Of a stretch of 64,000 nt of DNA, positions 49,171 through 57,785 are shown in pieces. This DNA is from Acidimicrobiia bacterium (GTDB taxonomy: Bacteria; Actinomycetota; Acidimicrobiia; Spongiisociales; ZC4RG35). How positions within the stretch are numbered: position 1 is the stretch's first letter; every line of letters begins with the position of its first letter. Location: the NCBI GenBank assembly GCA_036375695.1, contig DASVBU010000025.1, positions 1,879 through 65,878 of the forward strand, given 5' to 3'. The notes under the pieces were generated by a model. It saw only the letters and a list, made by a program, of their open reading frames with translations. It searched no databases and was not told the origin of the DNA. A program made the translations under genes and the position numbers.

Positions 49171-50416
49171 GTTCCCTGTTGCCACCAGCCCCGCCCCGGG
49201 CGTGATGGGGGTGGACTGGGAGATCCGGGTCGACTTCGAGAGGCTCCGGCAGTACCGGATCGACCGCGTCCGCCAGATGCTCGAGGAGTTCGACCTGGGT
49301 GCCGTCCTCCTCTTCGAGACCTCCAACATCCGCTATGCCACCTCGACCCAGATCGGCTACTGGGCGTTCAACAAGGGCGAGCGCTACGCCCTGATCACCC
49401 GGAACGGTCGGCCCCGGATCTGGGATTTCGGATCGGCGGCCAAGGCCCACCGGCTCCAATTGCCTCATCTGTACGACACCGAGAACTCGGTGGGCGGCAA
49501 CACCGGCCTCCAGGGCGCCATCGGCCCGGAAGCCGGGCTGCACAAGCGCGCCGCCCAGGAGCTGAAGTCCGTCCTGGCCGCCGAGGGACTCGAGAACGAG
49601 CGGCTCGGCGTGGACATGGCCGAGACCGCCGTGATCCTCGCCCTGCAGGCGGAGGGCCTCGACGTGGTCGACGGCCAGCAGGCGATGATGCGGGCCCGGG
49701 AGATCAAGAGCCCAGACGAGATCGTCCTGCTCACCCAGGCCTGCGCCATGGTCGACGGCGTCTATCACGGCATCTTCGAGATGCTCAAGCCGGGGATCCG
49801 TGAGTCGGACGTCGTCGGCTTTGCCCACGCCAAGCTCTTCGAGATGGGCTCGGAGTTCGTGGAGGCGATCAACTCGATCGCCGGTGAACGGTGCTCGCCG
49901 CATCCGCACGTGTTCAGCGACCGCCTGATCCGCCCCGGCGACCAGGCCTACTTCGACATCATCCACACCTTCAACGGCTACAAGACCTGCTACTACCGCA
50001 CCTTCGTGGTCGGCCGGGCGACACAAGCCCAGCGGGATGCCTTCGCCAAGGCCAGGGAATGGATGGATGCCGCCATCGACCTGGTAAGGCCGGGCACCAC
50101 CACCGACCAGATCGCCAAGGTGTGGCCGCGTGCCGAGGAGTTCGGTTTCGCCGACGAGATGGACGCCTTCGGCCTCCAGTTCGGTCACGGTGTGGGTGTG
50201 GGTCTCCACGAGCGACCGATCATCAGCCGTCTCAACTCCCTCGACAGCCCCATCGAGATCCAGGAGGGGATGGTGTTCGCCCTGGAGACCTACGCCCCGG
50301 CCGCCGACGGTCGGTCGGCCGCCCGGATCGAGGAGGAGGTGGTCGTCACCGCCGACGGCTGCAAGGTCATCACCCTGTTCCCGTGCGAGGAGTTGATGGT
50401 CGCCAATGCCTACTGA
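49163..50416 (+). CDS. M24-fold enzyme (creatinase/Xaa-Pro peptidase-like)
   Basis: ATG 49163 overlaps the bicupin stop by 8 nt. Creatinase_N-like N-domain plus pita-bread C-domain blocks (IKSPDEIVLL, GDQAYFDIIH, GHGVGVGLHERP, FALETY, IEEEVVVT). Confidence 0.85.
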   Translation: MSEFPVATSPAPGVMGVDWEIRVDFERLRQYRIDRVRQMLEEFDLGAVLLFETSNIRYATSTQIGYWAFNKGERYALITRNGRPRIWDFGSAAKAHRLQLPHLYDTENSVGGNTGLQGAIGPEAGLHKRAAQELKSVLAAEGLENERLGVDMAETAVILALQAEGLDVVDGQQAMMRAREIKSPDEIVLLTQACAMVDGVYHGIFEMLKPGIRESDVVGFAHAKLFEMGSEFVEAINSIAGERCSPHPHVFSDRLIRPGDQAYFDIIHTFNGYKTCYYRTFVVGRATQAQRDAFAKAREWMDAAIDLVRPGTTTDQIAKVWPRAEEFGFADEMDAFGLQFGHGVGVGLHERPIISRLNSLDSPIEIQEGMVFALETYAPAADGRSAARIEEEVVVTADGCKVITLFPCEELMVANAY

Positions 50417-51476
50417 TATCGCCGATCCCCGCTACGACTACGCCCTACGCCCGCCGCGTCTGCCCGAGCCGGTCGACGAGTCGATGGCGTCACAGCCGAT
50501 CGACACGGACACCCGACTCGGGATGTACCGCAACCTCCATCTGCTGAGACAGTGGGGGAAGCGGGCCCACGATCTGTTCCTGCAGAACCTGGTCAAGGGG
50601 ACGACGCATCTGTCGCTGGGCCAGGAGGCGGTGGCGACGGGTTTCGGCGCGGCGATGAGGCCGGACGACTACACCTTCGCCACCTATCGCGGACACGCCC
50701 ACTCGCTTGCCCGCGGGATGGATCCCGGCGAGGCGCTGGCCGAGTTGCTCGGCCGGTCCAACGGGGTGCTGGGGGGCAAGGGCGGCTCCATGCACCTCAC
50801 CGACGTGTCCAAGGGGATGATGGGCTCATACGCCATCATCGGCGCCCATCTCTGCATCGCCAACGGCGCGGCGTGGGCCGCCCAGATGCGCGGGTCGGAC
50901 CAGGTGGCGGTGTGCTTCTTCGGCGACGGGACCACCAACATCGGCGCCTTCCACGAGGCCCTCAACATGGCGAAGATCTGGAACCTGCCGGTCGTCTTCG
51001 TCTGCGAGAACAACCTCTACATGGAGTACACGCCGATCGACCTGGTGACGGCGGTGCCCCGACCGGCGGCCGACCGCGCACCGGCGTACGGTCTCGAGCC
51101 CGTGGTGGTGGATGGCAACGACCCGGATGCCGTCTACGTGACCGCCAGGGACGCGATCCAGAAGGCCCGCGCCGGCGGTGGCCCGTCGCTCATCGAGGCC
51201 CAGACCTACCGCCACGGAGGGCACTCCCGGGCCGATCCCGGCAAGTACCGGCCACCGGACGAGGTCGAGGCGTGGAAGGCCCGGGACCCCATCCCGATGT
51301 ACCACGACCGTCTGCTGTCGCTCGGTACGCCCGAGGCCACGCTCACCGGAATCGAGCGCGAGGTCGCCGCCGTCATCGACGCCGCCACCGAGTTCGCCAA
51401 GAACGGTCCGGATCCGGGTGAGGGCGAACTGCTGGTCAACGTCTGGGCCGACGGAGGAGCGGAATGGCGCAACTGA
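50406..51476 (+). CDS. TPP-dependent 2-oxoacid dehydrogenase E1 component, alpha subunit
   Basis: TPP motif FFGDGTTNIGAFHEALNMAKIWNLPVVFVCENN, and YRHGGHSRADP. Confidence 0.9.
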   Translation: MPTDIADPRYDYALRPPRLPEPVDESMASQPIDTDTRLGMYRNLHLLRQWGKRAHDLFLQNLVKGTTHLSLGQEAVATGFGAAMRPDDYTFATYRGHAHSLARGMDPGEALAELLGRSNGVLGGKGGSMHLTDVSKGMMGSYAIIGAHLCIANGAAWAAQMRGSDQVAVCFFGDGTTNIGAFHEALNMAKIWNLPVVFVCENNLYMEYTPIDLVTAVPRPAADRAPAYGLEPVVVDGNDPDAVYVTARDAIQKARAGGGPSLIEAQTYRHGGHSRADPGKYRPPDEVEAWKARDPIPMYHDRLLSLGTPEATLTGIEREVAAVIDAATEFAKNGPDPGEGELLVNVWADGGAEWRN

Positions 51477-52447
51477 GCTACCGCGAGGCGGTCGCCTACG
51501 GCATCGCCCAGGAGATGCGCCGCGACCCGCGGCTGGTGATGCTCGGTGAGGACATCGCGGCCGCCGGCGGTGTCTTCAAGACCACCGTCGGGCTGCTCGA
51601 CGAGTTCGGGCCCGAGCGGGTGAAGGACACGCCGATCTCCGAGCAGGCGATCATCGGCGCCGCCATGGGGGCTGCGATGACCGGCATTCCGGTGATCGCC
51701 GAGCTGATGTTCTCGGACTTCCTGGCGGTCACCTGGGACATGATCGCCAACCAGGTGGCCAAGACCCGCTACATGACCGACGGACAGGTCACCATCCCCC
51801 TGGTCATCCGCACGGCCAACGGCGGAGGCGTCCGCTTCGGCGCGCAGCACTCCCAGTCGGTGGAGAACTGGTGCATGATGATCCCGGGCCTCAAGGTGGT
51901 TGCCCCGGCGACTCCCACCGACGTGGTCGGGCTGATGGCTGCAGCCGTCCGCGACCCCGACCCGGTCGTCTTCTTCGAGCACAAGGCACTCATGGCGATG
52001 TCCGAGGAGATCCCTGACGGCGAGATCGTCGACGAACTGGGCAAGGCGAAGGTCGTTCGCGAGGGCACGGACGTGACCATCGCCGCCCTGGCCGCCATGG
52101 TCCCCAGGGCCCTGGAGGCAGCGCATCGACTGGCGGAGGCCGGGATCTCAGCAGAAGTCATCGATGTCCGTAGCCTCGTCCCATTGGACACCCGGACGAT
52201 CCTCCGCTCGGTCGCCAAGACCGGGCGTTTCTACACGGTCGAGGAGAACCCGAGGGTCCTGGGCTGGGGCGCCGAGGTGGTGTCTATCGTCTCCGATGAG
52301 GCGTTCTGGGATCTCGACGGGCCCTGCGTCCGGATCACGACGCCTCACATCCCCCTCCCGGCGGCATCGTCACTCGAGGACCTGGCCATCCCTTCGGTGG
52401 ACCGCATCTACGAGACGGTCGTGAAGACGGCCGGAGGACCTGCTTGA
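51464..52447 (+). CDS. 2-oxoacid dehydrogenase E1 component, beta subunit
   Basis: 327 aa with LGEDIAAAGGVFKTT, DTPISEQAIIGAAMGAAMTG and a transketolase-like C-terminal domain. Confidence 0.9.
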   Translation: MAQLSYREAVAYGIAQEMRRDPRLVMLGEDIAAAGGVFKTTVGLLDEFGPERVKDTPISEQAIIGAAMGAAMTGIPVIAELMFSDFLAVTWDMIANQVAKTRYMTDGQVTIPLVIRTANGGGVRFGAQHSQSVENWCMMIPGLKVVAPATPTDVVGLMAAAVRDPDPVVFFEHKALMAMSEEIPDGEIVDELGKAKVVREGTDVTIAALAAMVPRALEAAHRLAEAGISAEVIDVRSLVPLDTRTILRSVAKTGRFYTVEENPRVLGWGAEVVSIVSDEAFWDLDGPCVRITTPHIPLPAASSLEDLAIPSVDRIYETVVKTAGGPA

Positions 52448-53724
52448 GCAAGCTGCTCCTGCGCGAAGGTTGCGTTCTCACGTTGGGGGCCCGGACGGCC
52501 AATCACGCCCGTGCCGACGTCCTCATCGAGGACGGGAAGATCGCCGAGATCGGCGCCGGTGTCCGGGCACGTGACGCCGAGATCATCGACGCCACGGACA
52601 CGATCGTCATGCCGGGGTTCGTCGACTGTCACCGGCAGATGGCGCACACACTGTTCCGCGGAACCGGCCACCTGGGTGACCCCCCGGCTGCCGGGCATTT
52701 CGAAGACGACGACATCCATGCGGCCACCCTGCTCGGGCTGCTGTCGGCGGCAGAAGCGGGAGCGACCACCGTCGTGGACTGGTGCGAGGCTGCCGATGAA
52801 GCCAGGCTCGACGCGGTCCTGCGGGCCCATGCCGAGGCGGCGATCCGGTCGGTGGTGGTGGTGGCACGTCCGCCCGGCACCGATGTCGGGGTCTGGAAAC
52901 GGCTGCTGGCTTCGGACACACCCGAGAACGTCACCCTCGCCGCCGGCTCCGAGGAACCGGGCTCGGTTCCCGACCACGAGGTCCAGGAGCAGTGGGCGAT
53001 GGCGCGAGACGCGGGCCTTCGGATCCACGCTCGAGCCGGTCTCTCGGAGGCGGGCCGGGGCGCCATCCGACGTCTCGCCGACGCCGGAGCGATGGGCCGC
53101 GACGTGACCCTGGTCCATTGCACCCGACTGTCCGACGCCGACTTCGACGCCATAGCGTCGAGCGGAGCGTCGGTGGTCCTCGCCCCCTCCGATGAGATGG
53201 CAACCGGAGCGGGGATGCCGCCCGTACAGGATCTCATGGATCGTCAGATCAAGCCGGGTCTCGGGGTGGGGAAGGAGACCCTGGCACCGGGAGACATCTT
53301 CGCCCAGATGAGGGGAGTCATCTCGATCCAGCACGCCCGCTACTTCGATCTCAAGCTCGCGGGCAAGGCCGGTCTGCCCAACCTCCTCAACACACGTGAG
53401 ACGATCAAGTTCGGGACCTCGTACGGGGCGGCGGCCGTCGGTCTCGGCGACGTCACCGGTTCCCTCGAGGTCGGGAAGCAGGCCGACCTCGTCGTGCTGC
53501 GGACCGACCGACCCAACATCTGGCCCATCAACGATCCGATCGGGGCCGTGGTGTGGGGCATGGACACCTCGAATCTCGATTGGGTGATCGTGGCCGGCCG
53601 GCCCGTGGTGCGTGACGGCCGTCTCGTGGGCGACACCTCCGAGGTGCGCCGTCTCGCCGAGGAGGCACGACAGCGGGTGGCCACCCGGGCCGGCCTCCTC
53701 GAGGTGGCCGGGGGCCCGGCGTGA
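52444..53724 (+). CDS. amidohydrolase-family protein with degenerate metal/catalytic ligands
   Basis: TTG start with TTGA overlap of the E1-beta stop. Chlorohydrolase/cytosine-deaminase-like fold. The strand-1 motif reads PGFVDCHRQ (HxQ, 52630-38) and the strand-8 position reads GVGKET where the paralog has SVDVET. Confidence 0.8.
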   Translation: MSKLLLREGCVLTLGARTANHARADVLIEDGKIAEIGAGVRARDAEIIDATDTIVMPGFVDCHRQMAHTLFRGTGHLGDPPAAGHFEDDDIHAATLLGLLSAAEAGATTVVDWCEAADEARLDAVLRAHAEAAIRSVVVVARPPGTDVGVWKRLLASDTPENVTLAAGSEEPGSVPDHEVQEQWAMARDAGLRIHARAGLSEAGRGAIRRLADAGAMGRDVTLVHCTRLSDADFDAIASSGASVVLAPSDEMATGAGMPPVQDLMDRQIKPGLGVGKETLAPGDIFAQMRGVISIQHARYFDLKLAGKAGLPNLLNTRETIKFGTSYGAAAVGLGDVTGSLEVGKQADLVVLRTDRPNIWPINDPIGAVVWGMDTSNLDWVIVAGRPVVRDGRLVGDTSEVRRLAEEARQRVATRAGLLEVAGGPA

Positions 53725-54791
53725 CCACGCTCCGACGGCCGTCGTCCGCCCTGACCCAGTTCGTGGTCGCTTCCCGGTACATGCCGGTGTTCATCGCCCT
53801 GGGCCTGCTCGTCGTGATAGCGGCCACCTGGGTTCCGGCGGCCCTGGGTGAGCAGGCGCTGCGCGCCATGGCAGCCGGTGGGGCGATTCTCGCCATCGCC
53901 GCCCTCGGGCAGATGCTGGTGATCATGACCGCCGGTATCGATCTCTCCACGTCGAGCACGATCACCATGGCCGCGGTGCTGATGGTGGGGATCGGGAACC
54001 AGTCCGGTCAGCCACTGCTCCGGGCGATCCTCACCGCGATCGGGGTGGCCGCATTTATCGGGCTGGTCAATGGGATCCTCATCGGCGGGCTCAAGCTCAA
54101 CCCCCTGATCGTCACGCTGGCGGTGGGCCAACTCGTGGTGGGCCTGGTGACTCGCTACTCGCGCGGATTCCCCGTCCAACTGCCGGTGCCCGAGCCCCTG
54201 TCCGATTGGACGGATGGCCGCTTGTTGGGCATGAGCAACGTCTTCTGGGTCGCGGCTGCCCTCACGCTCTTCCTGATCCTCGGATTCCGCTACACCACCC
54301 TGGGCCGCCGCTTCCAGTCGGTCGGCGCCAACCCGGTGGCCTCCCACGTGGTGGGCCTGCGGATCAATGTCTACCAGGTGGGGGCCTACGTGGTCGCCGC
54401 GGTCCTCTACGCCGCGGCCGGGATCCTCCTCGCCGGTCAGCTGGAAGTACCCGGCGTGGCCGCGGGTCAGCCCTTCTTCCTCAGCCCGATAGCCGCAGTC
54501 GTCATCGGCGGGGCATCCCTGGCCGGCGGTCTCGCCAGCTCCTTCGCCACTTCCGTCGCCGCGTTCTTCCTCACCTGGCTCAACCAGGTGATGCGGGTGC
54601 TGGGCCTCTCCACGGCCTGGCAGAACGTGGTGTTCGGTGCGGTGATCATCGCCGGAATGCTGGTCTCAGGTGACCGGATCATCCGCATCGTGGAGCGAGT
54701 GCTCCGCGAGCGTCGGAGGGGCCGGAAGCCGGGAGGAAACACGAAATTGGAGATGAGCGGGTCGAGTCAGAAAGGAGAACCGACGTCCTGA
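53721..54791 (+). CDS. CUT2-type (ribose/sugar-like) ABC transporter permease 1
   Basis: 356 aa, multi-TM, with MTAGIDLSTSS, typical of RbsC-like permeases. GTGA overlap with the upstream gene. Confidence 0.85.
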   Translation: MTTLRRPSSALTQFVVASRYMPVFIALGLLVVIAATWVPAALGEQALRAMAAGGAILAIAALGQMLVIMTAGIDLSTSSTITMAAVLMVGIGNQSGQPLLRAILTAIGVAAFIGLVNGILIGGLKLNPLIVTLAVGQLVVGLVTRYSRGFPVQLPVPEPLSDWTDGRLLGMSNVFWVAAALTLFLILGFRYTTLGRRFQSVGANPVASHVVGLRINVYQVGAYVVAAVLYAAAGILLAGQLEVPGVAAGQPFFLSPIAAVVIGGASLAGGLASSFATSVAAFFLTWLNQVMRVLGLSTAWQNVVFGAVIIAGMLVSGDRIIRIVERVLRERRRGRKPGGNTKLEMSGSSQKGEPTS

Positions 54792-54817
54792 CGAGCCAGT
54801 CTCGACGGAGGAGGAAT

Positions 54818-56188
54818 ATGAGAAGAGTCAGAGTGATCGGGTGGCTGGCGGTGCTGGCCCTCGTGATCGCCGCCTGTGGCGGTGGCACGCAGGGGTCCAC
54901 CACCACAACTGCCGCCCCACAGACGACGACCACGGCGGGTGACACCACCACCACCGCGGAGCCAGGCACCACACAGCCGCCATCGGACAACCCGCTGGAG
55001 GAATTCGGGGAGAGCCTGGATGCCGACCCGGCGTTGATCGAGAAGGCCTTGGGCCCGGTGACGCCGTCTGACGAGGCGAGCTGGAACATCGTTCTGGCTT
55101 CGATCGCCAGAGCCCATCAGGACCTCGACGACGCAACGATCGCCAAGGCGATCGAGTGCTGGCGCAATGCCGAGTGCGACACCGGTTCCGGTGGCGACCT
55201 CGTGATGGGCTATGCCGACGGTGGTGGCAACGACGTCAACGTCTGGCGGTCGGTGAGCAAGATGGAAGCCGTCCTCCAGGCCCTGACGTACCCGGAGATC
55301 GGGACGATCGTGGCGACGGCCGCCAACTTCAACCCGGACCCGGCGGTGCACGCCAACGACATCCGGTTCCTGATCAACCGGGGCGTCGACTTCATCGTCG
55401 GCTACCCCGACATGGGCATCGCCATCGCCGACGCCATCAAGGAAGCAGACGACGCGGGGATCCCGTATGTGTCGTTCTCGGCCGGCTATGTCGGTCTGCC
55501 CGACCAGGAAGGCGCTCTCGTACCCGGTGAGGACTACCTGACGGTGGTCGGTGAGGACCTGTGCGCGCTCGGTGAGAGCTTCGCCGAGATCCTCAACGAG
55601 AACGTCGGGGAGGGCAAGGTCGCCATCCTCGGTGGCACGCCGAACAACGCCCTGTCGCTGGGGTGGCAGCGGTGCACGATCGATGCGCTCGCCGACTCGA
55701 TCACGCTGGTCAACCCGCCGGCCAACCGGGACACCACCACGGGTGACACCAACTGGTTCAACCCGATCATCCCCGACATCTTCGAGGGATTGCTGGTGGC
55801 CAACCCGGACATCCGGGGCTACGCCTACGAGTACGCCGACGGCATGCTCTCCGGGTTCGACGCCTACGAGGAGCTCGACATCCCGATCGAGAACCTCACG
55901 CTGGCTCTCCGGACCGACGAGCAGAGCCTGTTCTGCGACTGGGCGGAGCGCAACGAGCCCACCTACAACATCTGGTATTCGGCCGGTGGCAACTTCCAGT
56001 CCCGGACCGGTGTCACCGCGGCCATGCTCCACATCAAGGGAGCTGAGGTTCCTGCGCAGATCATCGTCCCGCACGTGATGCGTCAGGTGACCGCGGACGA
56101 CTGCGACCCGAACCGGCCCAACCCGGTCGTGTCCGGCACGTCGCTCGTGCCCGACTCGATCCTGAGCCAGATGTTCCAGGCGGGTTAG
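54818..56188 (+). CDS. ABC transporter substrate-binding lipoprotein (periplasmic-binding-protein type I-like)
   Basis: GGAGGAGGA RBS, lipobox VIAACGG and a Thr-rich linker. 456 aa. Specificity cannot be read from the sequence. Confidence 0.78.
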   Translation: MRRVRVIGWLAVLALVIAACGGGTQGSTTTTAAPQTTTTAGDTTTTAEPGTTQPPSDNPLEEFGESLDADPALIEKALGPVTPSDEASWNIVLASIARAHQDLDDATIAKAIECWRNAECDTGSGGDLVMGYADGGGNDVNVWRSVSKMEAVLQALTYPEIGTIVATAANFNPDPAVHANDIRFLINRGVDFIVGYPDMGIAIADAIKEADDAGIPYVSFSAGYVGLPDQEGALVPGEDYLTVVGEDLCALGESFAEILNENVGEGKVAILGGTPNNALSLGWQRCTIDALADSITLVNPPANRDTTTGDTNWFNPIIPDIFEGLLVANPDIRGYAYEYADGMLSGFDAYEELDIPIENLTLALRTDEQSLFCDWAERNEPTYNIWYSAGGNFQSRTGVTAAMLHIKGAEVPAQIIVPHVMRQVTADDCDPNRPNPVVSGTSLVPDSILSQMFQAG

Positions 56189-56195
56189 TAGCCAA

Positions 56196-57785
56196 GTGAC
56201 CGAACGCGATCGTCGAGAGGGGTCGACCAACCCGGTCCTCGAGCTGACGGGCGTGTCCCGCCAGTTCGGAGCCGTTCGGGCTTTGACCAACGTCGACTTC
56301 GACTGTCGCCCCGGCGAGGTTCACGCCTTGGTCGGGGAGAACGGGTCGGGCAAGTCGACCCTTCTCGGCATCGCGTCGGGTTTCGTCGAGCCCGACACCG
56401 GGGAGGTCCGGATCGGAGGGAAGCGTCTCCGCACCGATTCCCCGGCTCTCGCCCGCAAGCTCGGGCTGGCAATCGCCTATCAGGAGACCTCGCTCGTCCA
56501 CGCCGAGCCGGTCAAGAACAACCTCTACCTCGCCGCCGCCTTCGGTGAGCGGCCGCCGTATTGGAACCGGAAGCGGTGGGCCCGGAAACTGCTCGCCGAG
56601 TTCGATCTCGATCTCGAGCTGTTTCCCGACTCCCCGGCCGGCTTCCTCACACTGGCGGAACGGCAGCTCTTCGAAGTCGCCAAGGCGCTGGTGTCCAACC
56701 CCAAGGTGCTCCTCCTCGACGAGCCGACGACGGCTCTCGGCCCCGACGAGGTCGAGGCGCTGCATCGCACCGTCAAGGCGTGTCGCCAAAGGGGCGTGGG
56801 GGTGGTCTACGTCAGCCACCGCCTCCCCGAGATCATCGAGATAGCCGACCGCATCACGGTGCTGCGCGACGGTCGGAACGTGGGGACCTTCGACGCCCGG
56901 AAGGTCACCGAGCACGAACTCGTCGAGTTGATCGTCGGCCGACCCATCGAGGTCGCCTTCCCGCCACCGGCAGCCCGGCGGGCAGGGGATCGCGAGGTCC
57001 TGGTGGTCGACGGTCTCCAGGGCCAGTCCTTCGGACCGGTCAGCTTCACGCTGGAGGCAGGCGAAGTGGTCGGTATCGCCGGGGCGGAGGGCAACGGCCA
57101 GCCGCAGCTGTTCGACTGTCTCGCCGGAAGGGTTCCGCCCAAGGCGGGGCGAGTGGTGTGCGACGGGAAGGAGCTCACCCTCATCTCCACCCACGAGGCG
57201 GCCAGGGCCGGGATCATGCTGTTGCCGGGCGACCGCAAACGCGAGGCGCTGATGCCGGTGCTGGGGGTGCGGGTCAACTCGACCATCCAGTCCTTGGGGA
57301 ACTTCGCAGTCGGCGGCCTGCTGCGGAGGAGAAAGGAGCGCCGGGCGGTCACCGATCTCATCGAAGAGCTGGAGATCCGAACGCCGTCGCTGGAGCAGCC
57401 GGTGGAGTTCCTCTCCGGCGGCAACGCCCAGAAGGTCTCGGTGTCCCGGACCTTCCTGCGGGAGCCCGTGGTGATCATGGCCTACGAGCCCACCCAGGGA
57501 GTCGACGTCGGCTCCCGCTTCGACATCTACAAGGCGCTTCGGAAGCGCACCGACACAGGTGCCGCCCTCCTGATCAAGTCGTCGGACCCCATCGAGCTGG
57601 CCGGTCTCTGCGACCGGGTCCTGGTCATGTCCCGGGGCACCATCGTGGAGGAGATACCGGGCGACGAGCTGGACGAGAGGCGGATCACCGAGGCCATCGT
57701 TCGCGGCCCCGGCCTGGCCCGCTCTGGACGCTCGCCTCTGGGCGTGGCCATGCCCAAGTCCTCGAGCGCGGGGAACGGCGGATGA
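56196..57785 (+). CDS. CUT2-type ABC transporter ATP-binding protein (duplicated NBD)
   Basis: NBD1 has GENGSGKST and LLLDEPTTALG. NBD2 has LSGGNAQK and a degenerate Walker A, as is typical for RbsA-like ATPases. Confidence 0.92.
   Translation: MTERDRREGSTNPVLELTGVSRQFGAVRALTNVDFDCRPGEVHALVGENGSGKSTLLGIASGFVEPDTGEVRIGGKRLRTDSPALARKLGLAIAYQETSLVHAEPVKNNLYLAAAFGERPPYWNRKRWARKLLAEFDLDLELFPDSPAGFLTLAERQLFEVAKALVSNPKVLLLDEPTTALGPDEVEALHRTVKACRQRGVGVVYVSHRLPEIIEIADRITVLRDGRNVGTFDARKVTEHELVELIVGRPIEVAFPPPAARRAGDREVLVVDGLQGQSFGPVSFTLEAGEVVGIAGAEGNGQPQLFDCLAGRVPPKAGRVVCDGKELTLISTHEAARAGIMLLPGDRKREALMPVLGVRVNSTIQSLGNFAVGGLLRRRKERRAVTDLIEELEIRTPSLEQPVEFLSGGNAQKVSVSRTFLREPVVIMAYEPTQGVDVGSRFDIYKALRKRTDTGAALLIKSSDPIELAGLCDRVLVMSRGTIVEEIPGDELDERRITEAIVRGPGLARSGRSPLGVAMPKSSSAGNGG

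Noticed and set aside
56561-57781. Upstream 407 codons of the 1231-aa ORF 56561..60256
   Set aside because: It overlaps the double-NBD ABC ATPase in another frame and translates to Arg/Gly/Pro-rich sequence. The real start is ATG 57782, coupled to the ATPase stop.
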